A stretch of 42,132 bases of DNA from Escherichia phage megetsur, in the sequence record MN850608.1. The stretch is one strand, 5' to 3'. The notes below the pieces were generated by a model that saw only the letters and a program-made list of their open reading frames with translations, made no database searches and had not been told where the DNA came from. The position numbers and the translations under genes were made by a program. Below, piece by piece: positions 24,235-33,220 of this stretch. The first letter of the stretch is position 1, and each line of letters begins with the position of its first letter.

Positions 24235-26678
24235 TGCCAGTATACCAAGGCGCTTATAAATCCATCCTCGGCGGCGTGAGCCAGCAGGTCTATACCGACC
24301 GACAGCTATCGCAGGTTGAGGAACAGGTCAACATGACCTCTGATACTGTTCGTGGCCTGCGGAAACGCCCCGGCACCCGACTGCACCGCACTGTGGATTC
24401 CACTAACGCGAACGTCTGGAGCCTTGGTAACTTCGGCCACTTACGCTTCTATACCACTAACCTCGGATGGGGCATCACCACGTTTATCGTCAACACGAAG
24501 ACTGGTTACGTCACGTCCATCGTCGAGACCGAGACTGTCCAGTTCATGGGCCAGTCCAGCTATCTCGTCACGAACAACCCCGACGACATTGTATTCGCCA
24601 CCGTGGGCAACACCATGTATGTTGCCAACTGCTCCAAGCTGCCCGTGCTTCTGGAGAATGAAACGCGTATGAATCCGGGTCGCCGGGGTTACTACTTTGT
24701 GCTGGCAGGGGCGTACGGTAAGCAGTACACCGTGCGTGTCGAGACCAGCGGGGGCGCTGTGTCCGCTTCGTACACCACCCCTAACTCAGACGAGACTGGC
24801 GCGTCTGCAAAGGCTGTGCCTGAGTACATCATTGGCCAGTTGAAATCTCAGCTCGACGCTGCCATCGGCGGCGCGACCGGGCTTGAGGTTGTGCAGGTTG
24901 ACGGGGCATACATGTACCTCCAGACCACTGCTGCGTACACTGACCTGAACGTGTCCACCAACACTGGCTCCAGCTATGCGATTGCCTCGAACACGCACCG
25001 CGTCGATTTAACCACCAAGCTCCCGGCACGTCTGCCGACTCAGGCTGGTGGCTTCATCATGACCGTTGGCGACGACAGCTTCGCCCAGTATTTCCAGTGG
25101 GACTACGCGAACTCGCGCTGGGTGGAGAAGGGTGCCTACGGCTCCCCAACCGGGATTAACCCCAGCACCATGCCGCTGATTTTCAGCACGACCTCGACTA
25201 CGAACCAGCACACCTTTGCGCAGGGTACGTGGCCGGGCCGACTGGCAGGTGATGATAAGACCAACTCCATCCCAGCATTCACTGATGCTGACGGCGTGGG
25301 TATTACTGGACTGGCTTCCTTCCAAGGCCGCCTGATTGTGTTCTCCGGGCCGTACATTACCATGGGTTCCAGCAACAAGGAAGACCGCAACAACTTCTTC
25401 CGTACGACTGTGACGCAGGTACTGGATGACGACCGTATCGAGTTCACTGCATCCAGCTTCGCCGGAGCATCGTTCCGGTACGGTATCCCGTTCAACTCTG
25501 ACCTGATTCTGGCCAGTGAAGAACACCAAGCTGTCATCCCCGGACGTAACCAAATCCTCACGCCGAACAACGCCACCGCTGTGTTGACCTCGACGTACCA
25601 GATGGACACTGGCGTAGCGCCTACCACTTCTGGCCGCAGCCTGTATTACGCGTACCCGCGCTCGAACAGCTCGTTCTCCATCAAGGAGATGCTGCCGTCC
25701 GGCTACACGGATTTGCAGTACGTGAGTCAGGATGTGACTGACCACCTGCCGACTTATCTGGAAGGGGCCAACTCGTACATCTCTGCCAGCACCACGAACA
25801 ACATCGTCGTGTTCGGCTCGACGACTGAGAAGTCCACGCTGTACGTGAACGAGTATCTCTGGTCTGGTGACGAGAAGGTTCTGTCCTCGTGGCACCGCTG
25901 GGAAATCTATGGCACCGTGCAGGCTGCATGGTTCGTACGTGAGGTTCTGGTTGTGCTGGTTGAGCAGCAGGGCCATATGAACTTGCTCACGTTATCCATG
26001 CGAGACTCCCCTGACCCGACTGACCCGGCGCGATTCCTCCCGGCCATCGACTACGCCCAGTTAATGACTGTGACGAACCCGGCCACGGACAGCTCGTACA
26101 TCCAGTTCGCCGCGACAGGCGAGCAGAAGGCGCTGTGGGATATCATCCAGTACCGCTACCAGACTGAGGGCAACTGGGATTTCATGACGAACGTAGTGCC
26201 GTCCGGCAACTACATCGGGGCTGAGGTGGGTATCAAATCCATCGACACCACGAACCGCCGTGTCTATCTCCAGCCTTCGTACGGCAGCACCTCACTGTAT
26301 GTGGGCCTGCGATTCAAAGCAGTGTTCAGCCCTACGCCGCCGCGAGTGTTCAATCAGGACGGCTCGTACATGGATGTGAACAAGATGGTCATCATGCACT
26401 ACAACTTCACGTTGCGGTACACGAGCCTGTTCAACATCACTGCGAGCGACCGGGGCGCGTACTCCGCGCTGAACATTATCAGCAGCCCTATCCGGTACAC
26501 CAGTCAGGAGTTAGGTCTGGAGTCAGCGACGCTGGCTAAGCGTGCGCACTTGAAAGTTCGCATGGGTCTTGAGGTGGAATCCAGCAGCATGGTCGTGGAC
26601 TCGTCTACGGCTGGCGACCTGAACATTCAGGGGCTGGGCTACTACATCAAGTTCTACAACAAAGTTCGGAGAATCTAA
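24234..26678 (+). CDS. tail tubular protein B
   Basis: 814 aa; synteny and size as T7 gp12. Confidence 0.75.
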   Translation: MPVYQGAYKSILGGVSQQVYTDRQLSQVEEQVNMTSDTVRGLRKRPGTRLHRTVDSTNANVWSLGNFGHLRFYTTNLGWGITTFIVNTKTGYVTSIVETETVQFMGQSSYLVTNNPDDIVFATVGNTMYVANCSKLPVLLENETRMNPGRRGYYFVLAGAYGKQYTVRVETSGGAVSASYTTPNSDETGASAKAVPEYIIGQLKSQLDAAIGGATGLEVVQVDGAYMYLQTTAAYTDLNVSTNTGSSYAIASNTHRVDLTTKLPARLPTQAGGFIMTVGDDSFAQYFQWDYANSRWVEKGAYGSPTGINPSTMPLIFSTTSTTNQHTFAQGTWPGRLAGDDKTNSIPAFTDADGVGITGLASFQGRLIVFSGPYITMGSSNKEDRNNFFRTTVTQVLDDDRIEFTASSFAGASFRYGIPFNSDLILASEEHQAVIPGRNQILTPNNATAVLTSTYQMDTGVAPTTSGRSLYYAYPRSNSSFSIKEMLPSGYTDLQYVSQDVTDHLPTYLEGANSYISASTTNNIVVFGSTTEKSTLYVNEYLWSGDEKVLSSWHRWEIYGTVQAAWFVREVLVVLVEQQGHMNLLTLSMRDSPDPTDPARFLPAIDYAQLMTVTNPATDSSYIQFAATGEQKALWDIIQYRYQTEGNWDFMTNVVPSGNYIGAEVGIKSIDTTNRRVYLQPSYGSTSLYVGLRFKAVFSPTPPRVFNQDGSYMDVNKMVIMHYNFTLRYTSLFNITASDRGAYSALNIISSPIRYTSQELGLESATLAKRAHLKVRMGLEVESSSMVVDSSTAGDLNIQGLGYYIKFYNKVRRI

Positions 26679-26679
26679 T

Positions 26680-27420
26680 ATGGGTTGGGCAGCTTTTGCT
26701 AAAGCTGGTGCCGACGCTACGAACTCCTTCATCACCACCTACGCTCAAGGACGAGCGGAACGTGCGCAGATGAAGGCTGTGCAGGCAGAGAACGAACGCC
26801 TGAACAAGCAAACGTGGCAGGCAATGGGCCAGCGCATCAACACCGTGAATCTCCAGCGTGGCCTGCTCCGGCAGCAGACTGGCACCGACCTGTACAATAT
26901 CAACAAGGAAGCTAACCGGGCATCCGGCGCGAGCATTAACAACGCCGCCGCTGCCGGGATTGAAGGTGCCTCTGTGGACGAGGCGGTCACGGATATCAGC
27001 CGTCAGAATCAGGAAAGCCAAGCGCAGACCCGGTTCAACGAGCAGATTCAGGAGATGAACCTCGACACCAGCATCAACGATATCATCGACACAGCAGTCG
27101 CAGCTCAGCGTTATTCGCAGAAGCCAGCGAGCAACAGCATGATTGTGGGCCGCGCCATTGGCGTATCCGCTATGCAGTTCGCTTCAAGCCTCGCGCAGAC
27201 CAGCTTCGACTACATGCCGACCGAAGGTGCGAAAGGTACTGGCACGCAGAGTGGCAGTGCAGGCGCTACAGCGTCAACGTTCAGTAACCTCGGCTCTACT
27301 ACAGCGAGTTATGGAACAACTAACTGGATGCAAAAGGCTGGGGAATTTAACCCGGTTCCGGCGCAGTATGATTCAAATCGTTACATGGGCTACGGCTCAG
27401 GTTCAATCTTTGGGGGCTAA
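26680..27420 (+). CDS. internal virion protein (ejection/core protein A)
   Basis: 246 aa; position after the tail tubular genes. Confidence 0.55.
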   Translation: MGWAAFAKAGADATNSFITTYAQGRAERAQMKAVQAENERLNKQTWQAMGQRINTVNLQRGLLRQQTGTDLYNINKEANRASGASINNAAAAGIEGASVDEAVTDISRQNQESQAQTRFNEQIQEMNLDTSINDIIDTAVAAQRYSQKPASNSMIVGRAIGVSAMQFASSLAQTSFDYMPTEGAKGTGTQSGSAGATASTFSNLGSTTASYGTTNWMQKAGEFNPVPAQYDSNRYMGYGSGSIFGG

Positions 27421-27422
27421 TC

Positions 27423-30119
27423 ATGGCTACTTTGCGTGACCAGCGTGGCGCTAACCTTAATGCTGCGCAGCAGGGATTACCAAGTGTGCAGCAGGCGCAG
27501 ACTCCGTTTAGTCTCGCAGGCCGCGATACTCGCATCGACACGTTTCCTACCGAGTCCATTCAGCGCGTACTGAACATGGCCAGCCAGTTGGCTGGTCGTG
27601 TCACTGAGCGTGCGAACGAGGAAGAATACCTCAAGGGTGCTAACGCCGCCGCGAGCGGTAAGGCTGTTGAGGATTTGGACTCGAACTGGCTCACCGCCCA
27701 GTTCCAGAAAGCTGGTTACAACGACCAGTACAAGCGTATGCAGATGGCGAACGTCGCATCTGAAATCTCGGCTAACATGCCGCAGTACGCGAAAATGAGT
27801 CCTGACGAGTTCTTGAAGGTGGTGGACGAGAAGACCACTGGCCTGTTTGAGAACACTGATGGCATGACGCTGAATGGCCGTAAGGCTCTGCTGGAGAACC
27901 AGCTCACGTTCAGCAACACCCTTATCCGTACGCAGGCTGCCCAGCATGGTAAGTATCTGGTTGAGCAGCGTGCGGCGATGTACAACTCGCAGGGTAACAC
28001 TCTCGTTACTCTGGCGGCTCAGGCCAAAGCAACTGGTGACGGCGGCGCGTACGCTAACGCTACGGCTGCGACCATGGCATGGGCCAAGTCCATTCTGGCA
28101 GACGACAAGCTGCCACTGGAAACTCGCCGGACTCAGGTAACGTCCATGATGGGGCTGATGCTCCAGCAGGATTTGCGTACTCCGGTCGAGACTGCTGTGA
28201 ACTCCGGGCTGTTCAACGAGCTGCCTGCGGAAGACTTGGCCAAGCTGCAAGGTCAGATTCGTGAATCCAAATCTCGTACCGAGGTTCAGGACAACATGGG
28301 TCTGCTGGCACAGAAAGGCCAGCTCGACGCACGCCAAGCAGTGTTCGGTGACGTTACGCCGGAGCAGTACACTCAGACGCTCCAGCAGATGGTGGACAAC
28401 AAACTGATTAGCGCTGGCGGTTTCAGCTCGGCTATCGAGTCCTTCTACAAGGACTACGCCAAGCAAGCCAAGGCCAGTCAGCTCGGTCAGGCTTACGCTA
28501 CCGGGAACCAGACGTACATGCTCCAGCAGGGCGCGAGCGAGCAGGATGGTGCTGACGCATTCATCAAGGCTCGCATGAAGCAACCGGGCGCGACGGCAAG
28601 CTCCGTGGCATTCGACCTGCTGCAAGTTGGCGCACAGACTGGTTTCCCTTCCGCGTACAAGTCTGCCGCGAAACTGATTGAACCATCCCTGTCGAACTTC
28701 GGCACCGTGGATGAAATGAACCCTGATGCAGCCGCTACCGTAACCGGGCTGATTGACCGCGTAACCGTGGCCGAGAATCAGGGTGACAAGACCGCGTGGA
28801 CTAAACTCCTGTCTGGTCTGTCTGAGGAAAACCAAGAGAAGATGGTGTACATGCGCGAGCAGATTAAGGCCGGGCGCACCATCGACCAAGCTGGTCAGGG
28901 TTACATCAAGCAGCAGCAGGACTATGCTGGCTTAACCCCGGCACAGAAATCTCAAATTCTCACGCAGCGTCAGTCAGACGTTAACAATGTGGTGAACTCC
29001 CTTGAGGCTCAGGGCTTCTTCTCTCGCACTTGGCAGGGGCTGGCTGGTCTGTTCTCAGACACTCAGCAGAACCTGTTCCAAGCTCGCGTCGCATCTGGTG
29101 ACATTACTGCCGCGCAGGAAATGTCGGAGGTGTCTGCCGCGTACCGCGAGGAACTGCAAGCTGTCGTCCTCAAGAACCCGAACGTGACCAAAGATGGTAT
29201 GGAAGCCCTCGCATCCGCGAAGCTGGCTAACCGTGTCCTCCGCGTCGGGGAAACCACATTCAGCCCCGGCTCTGTGCTTATCGCACCGAGAGGCCAAACT
29301 GTTCAGTCTATGCTCGGCTTGCCTGCTGACGTAGCCCCCGACCGCATCGGTCGCGCTATCGCCGCACTTGACCAGACCAAGGCACCAGAAGGCTTCGAGT
29401 CGTCCTACTCCTTTATGCCAGATGGCTCCCTGAACGTTCAGTTCTTCAACAAGCAAGGTGACGTTTCTCCGAACTCGGTACGCATTCTGCCGCAGGTCGT
29501 GCAAGAACGCATCCGTGAAGACGACCGTGCAGCGGCCACTGCCAATAACGAAGTCTATGGCGACGGGAAACTCTTTGTTGATAAGACCAGTAACGTGGGT
29601 ATCCGCGTGAACGGCGTGAATACTGCTGGGGTAGACGAGCAGCGTATGCTTGTTGCCCGTGGCAAACTGATTGACTTCGAAGGTATCCGCAGCACCACTT
29701 ACCGTGACAGCACTGGCGTGCAGGCGAACGGGGTTGGTATCTCTGACCGCAGCCCGTACTTTGCTGAGGGTCAGGCTTCCGGTATGAAAGGCGGTACTGA
29801 ATGGTCTCCGCGAACTATCCACGATACGTTCGTGGCACACACCAACATGGTAGCCCGGCAGATGCCCGGCACTGCTGCTGCACTGGGGTGGAGTCGTGAC
29901 AACGATGCCCAGTTCCAGTTCATGATGCAGATGGGTTATCAGGCAGGTTCAAGCTGGTATCGTACCGAGGGTGCGTACAGCAAACTGGCTGATGCAATCC
30001 GTGTTGGCGACCGAGAGAAAGCTGTTCAGGCTCTGGCTGCGACCCCGGCTTACAAGCTGTCGCAGGACGAGCGTAAGCAGTATTACGTCCAAACTCTACT
30101 CGCAGGTATGCAGGAATGA
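27423..30119 (+). CDS. internal virion protein B (core/ejection protein)
   Basis: 898 aa; synteny with T7 gp15 and the phiKMV internal virion protein. Confidence 0.6.
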   Translation: MATLRDQRGANLNAAQQGLPSVQQAQTPFSLAGRDTRIDTFPTESIQRVLNMASQLAGRVTERANEEEYLKGANAAASGKAVEDLDSNWLTAQFQKAGYNDQYKRMQMANVASEISANMPQYAKMSPDEFLKVVDEKTTGLFENTDGMTLNGRKALLENQLTFSNTLIRTQAAQHGKYLVEQRAAMYNSQGNTLVTLAAQAKATGDGGAYANATAATMAWAKSILADDKLPLETRRTQVTSMMGLMLQQDLRTPVETAVNSGLFNELPAEDLAKLQGQIRESKSRTEVQDNMGLLAQKGQLDARQAVFGDVTPEQYTQTLQQMVDNKLISAGGFSSAIESFYKDYAKQAKASQLGQAYATGNQTYMLQQGASEQDGADAFIKARMKQPGATASSVAFDLLQVGAQTGFPSAYKSAAKLIEPSLSNFGTVDEMNPDAAATVTGLIDRVTVAENQGDKTAWTKLLSGLSEENQEKMVYMREQIKAGRTIDQAGQGYIKQQQDYAGLTPAQKSQILTQRQSDVNNVVNSLEAQGFFSRTWQGLAGLFSDTQQNLFQARVASGDITAAQEMSEVSAAYREELQAVVLKNPNVTKDGMEALASAKLANRVLRVGETTFSPGSVLIAPRGQTVQSMLGLPADVAPDRIGRAIAALDQTKAPEGFESSYSFMPDGSLNVQFFNKQGDVSPNSVRILPQVVQERIREDDRAAATANNEVYGDGKLFVDKTSNVGIRVNGVNTAGVDEQRMLVARGKLIDFEGIRSTTYRDSTGVQANGVGISDRSPYFAEGQASGMKGGTEWSPRTIHDTFVAHTNMVARQMPGTAAALGWSRDNDAQFQFMMQMGYQAGSSWYRTEGAYSKLADAIRVGDREKAVQALAATPAYKLSQDERKQYYVQTLLAGMQE

Positions 30120-33100
30120 TTACACAAGAATCGCTCGACAAGTTCATGGCTCCCAAGCAGGGGGCCAATGCCCCTACGCTGGTGATTCCAGCTCCCGTAA
30201 AGACTGCTGACCTCAGCACTCCGCTGCAAGATGCCACTCGTCAGGGTGCTGTCGAGCAGTTCGATAAGATGCAGGAACTGGAAGCGACTCCGATGGCCAC
30301 GGCGTTGAGCGCTTCTGTGAAGAACTGGGATACCACTCAGCTCTTTGATGCCGCCTTCAACAAGCCTACCTTCCAAGCTGACCCGGACTTCAAGCCCAAC
30401 GAGGCTTTGCAGAACGTGCAGTTCCCGGTAGGTGAAGACGACAGAACCTTCCTGTTCAAATCCAAATCCATGGACGAGTTCAACTGGCGTACGCAGCAGC
30501 TCCAAGAGATGCGCGAACGTACCCAGTTGGCTCACACTGCCCCGGTGATGAACGCGGTTCTGCAATTCGCTGACCCGCTGTACCTCGCCACTGACCTGCT
30601 CTCGATGGGAGCAGGCACTGCCCTGAAATTAGGTCGCCTCGGAACCGCCGCTGTCGGTGCAGCTTCAACTGCTGCCACTATGACAGCGGTGGGTAACGAA
30701 GCACGCCCAGTGTCTCAGAACGAAATCATCTTTGCGGCTGCCCTGCACGGGGCGGCCACCACTGCATTCTATCGCCCGGCTCCGGTACAGCGCTCGCTGG
30801 CCGACCTGTCGCCAGAGGAATTTGCAGCAGAGATGCAGCGTCGTAATGGCATTGACCCGAACAACCCACCGCAGTTCGACCCGAACAATGCTATGTCGCC
30901 AATGGCCATGTCCTTGGGCTTTGGTGGTCGTGGCGCTACTGTGGTTGACGAGGTGCCGGAATCAATCCGGGCCACTGCGCAGCGCGGTCTCGACCTCGCT
31001 CGTCGCGGTGAGCAGACCAACCCTAAGCGTCCGTTCCTTGAATGGTCTCTGTTCAAGTCATTCAGTCAGCACTCCGATGAAGCCAGTGCGCTCGCCGGAC
31101 GACTGCTGGACGACCCACTGAACCCGAACATGACTTCCGCTGCATCAATCCAGCGTGAGACTCAGGCTCGGTTTGGCGTGCTGCTGAACCAGTACGAGGA
31201 CACTCTGCGTAATGCACTGAACACTGACGGCTGGACTAACATCCGTCGCTTCCGTGACCCCGTGGGCTATCGCCGGGCGCAGCAGGAGTTCGAAGCTGCT
31301 GTCCGTTTCGAGCTGGACAAGCGCATGATTGACAAAGAGTTCCGTGGTGCCAACGCTAACGTGGCCGCTGCCGCCGACCGACTGGGGGAATACTCCCGCG
31401 CCGTGGGCCGCGAGCTGGAAGCGAAGGGTATGGTGGAACCGGGCTTCGTAGACAAGAACCCGTACTACTACCCGCGCCGGATGAACGTGACCAAGATTGA
31501 GCAGGCTGAGCAGTTGCTCGGCAAGAAGCCATTCATGAAGCAGATGACGACCGCTGTGCAGCGCGGTATCGGTACTGACCGTCCGACTGCCAACGTCATT
31601 GCCCATGCCATGGTTGAGCGTGCTCGTCGTAAGGGCTACGGCATCGACAACTCCGGTATGATTATCAACAAGGAAGGTCGAGATGAATTGCTCGAAATCA
31701 TTGAGAACGCGAAAGGTCTCGACGAGGCTGCCAAGGCCCGTGCTTCCGCACTCCTTCGTGAGTCTGGCTCGGACGCTGGCCGACCGTCGATGCTCAAGAG
31801 CCGTATCAACATCGACATGATGCACCAGCTCGGCCCTAACTTGCAGGTGCGTGACCTGTTCGACGACAGCATCACCAGTATGATGGACAGCTATAACCGC
31901 CGCATTACCGGGCGACTGGCTCTGCATGAGGCTGGACTGGGTACTGACGCTGAACGCGCCGCCGCTCGCGAGGCTCTGGCCAAATCCATCCCGGATAGCA
32001 CGGCACGCCGTAAGGCTCTCGACCAATACGACAACATCATGGCTTACTACCAAGGTGCTCCTGTTGGTGAGGAAATGCCGGAGTTCATGCGCCAGCTTTC
32101 AGCACTGACTCAGGCGACTGGTCTGGCTGCATCTGGCCTGTGGCAGTTGGTAGAATACGGCACGATGATGCAACGTTTCGGGGCAGTCAATACGTTTCGC
32201 GCCATGATGCGTACAATTCCCGAAGCACGCGCACTATTTAAGCAAATGAGGGTGTCTACTAAGGAAGGTCGTCAATTGGCTCTGGATGCCGAGGAAGCGC
32301 TGACTGCGGCTGTAGCGAGTGATATTCGTATGCGCCCAATCATGCAGCACTATGACGACATGTTCTCTGCGGATAAGTCTCCGTGGGTCATGCGTATGGA
32401 ACACCTGCGCGATGCCACGATGTTCATCAACATGCAGAAGTACATCCACTTCCACCAGACTCGAACCAATGCTGCGCTCGTGATGCAGACGCTGCGTAAG
32501 GCAGCCGAAGGTGATGCCAAGGCTATTGCAGCCATGAAAACCTACGGTGCCAATGACGCGCTGCTGGCTGACATTCGCAAGCAGGTTGGTACTCATGGCA
32601 CCAAGCCTGATGCTTGGGATGAAGGGGTGTTCAATCGCTCTCGCATTGTCATGATGAATGCCATGGATGACGCTATTGTTCGCGCTCGCGTAGGTGAGCT
32701 GCCTGCATTTGCTGAGTTCAGTACGCTGGGTAAGTTCCTGTTTACGTTCCGTCGATTCGTCGCGGCAACGCACAACAAGACTCTGGTTGGTACTTGGAAT
32801 CGTGAGGGTGCCCGTGGGCTGGCTACGCTGATGGCGTACCAGTATCCGCTGGCGATGATGGCCACTGCTGCCAATAACGTGATTTCCGGTAAGGCATTCT
32901 CTGACCCGGATACCATGGCTCCGAACAAACTGGCTGGTCAGGCACTGAACTATCTCGGTGCTATCGGCTTTGCCTCTGAGTTCACTGGAGTTCTGACCGG
33001 GCAGCAGCGCAGCTTTGGTGCGCCGGGTCTGTTGTTCCTCGACCGCCTGTACGGTGTTGCTGGTGCCACCTCTGCTACGGCAGGTAGTCTGGCCACTGGT

Positions 33101-33220
33101 GATATTGACCAAGCCGGGCATAACGCTCGCAAGGCAGCCGGGAACATCATTCAGGCTCTCCCACTAATCTCCATTGTGCCGGGTGTCCGAGCACTCAACG
33201 AAGCAGTTAAGGGTGAATAA
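30116..33220 (+). CDS. internal virion protein C (largest core/ejection protein)
   Basis: 1034 aa; synteny with T7 gp16. Confidence 0.6.
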   Translation: MITQESLDKFMAPKQGANAPTLVIPAPVKTADLSTPLQDATRQGAVEQFDKMQELEATPMATALSASVKNWDTTQLFDAAFNKPTFQADPDFKPNEALQNVQFPVGEDDRTFLFKSKSMDEFNWRTQQLQEMRERTQLAHTAPVMNAVLQFADPLYLATDLLSMGAGTALKLGRLGTAAVGAASTAATMTAVGNEARPVSQNEIIFAAALHGAATTAFYRPAPVQRSLADLSPEEFAAEMQRRNGIDPNNPPQFDPNNAMSPMAMSLGFGGRGATVVDEVPESIRATAQRGLDLARRGEQTNPKRPFLEWSLFKSFSQHSDEASALAGRLLDDPLNPNMTSAASIQRETQARFGVLLNQYEDTLRNALNTDGWTNIRRFRDPVGYRRAQQEFEAAVRFELDKRMIDKEFRGANANVAAAADRLGEYSRAVGRELEAKGMVEPGFVDKNPYYYPRRMNVTKIEQAEQLLGKKPFMKQMTTAVQRGIGTDRPTANVIAHAMVERARRKGYGIDNSGMIINKEGRDELLEIIENAKGLDEAAKARASALLRESGSDAGRPSMLKSRINIDMMHQLGPNLQVRDLFDDSITSMMDSYNRRITGRLALHEAGLGTDAERAAAREALAKSIPDSTARRKALDQYDNIMAYYQGAPVGEEMPEFMRQLSALTQATGLAASGLWQLVEYGTMMQRFGAVNTFRAMMRTIPEARALFKQMRVSTKEGRQLALDAEEALTAAVASDIRMRPIMQHYDDMFSADKSPWVMRMEHLRDATMFINMQKYIHFHQTRTNAALVMQTLRKAAEGDAKAIAAMKTYGANDALLADIRKQVGTHGTKPDAWDEGVFNRSRIVMMNAMDDAIVRARVGELPAFAEFSTLGKFLFTFRRFVAATHNKTLVGTWNREGARGLATLMAYQYPLAMMATAANNVISGKAFSDPDTMAPNKLAGQALNYLGAIGFASEFTGVLTGQQRSFGAPGLLFLDRLYGVAGATSATAGSLATGDIDQAGHNARKAAGNIIQALPLISIVPGVRALNEAVKGE

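Noticed and set aside
27477-28889. Minus-strand ORF of 470 codons
   Set aside because: Antisense to the 898-aa internal virion protein gene; Arg/Leu-rich junk composition.
27423-30119. Possible C-terminal lysozyme domain in the 898-aa internal virion protein, by analogy with the phiKMV protein of the same length
   Set aside because: No lysozyme or transglycosylase catalytic motif could be recognised by eye; the analogy rests on length and position only, so it is not asserted.
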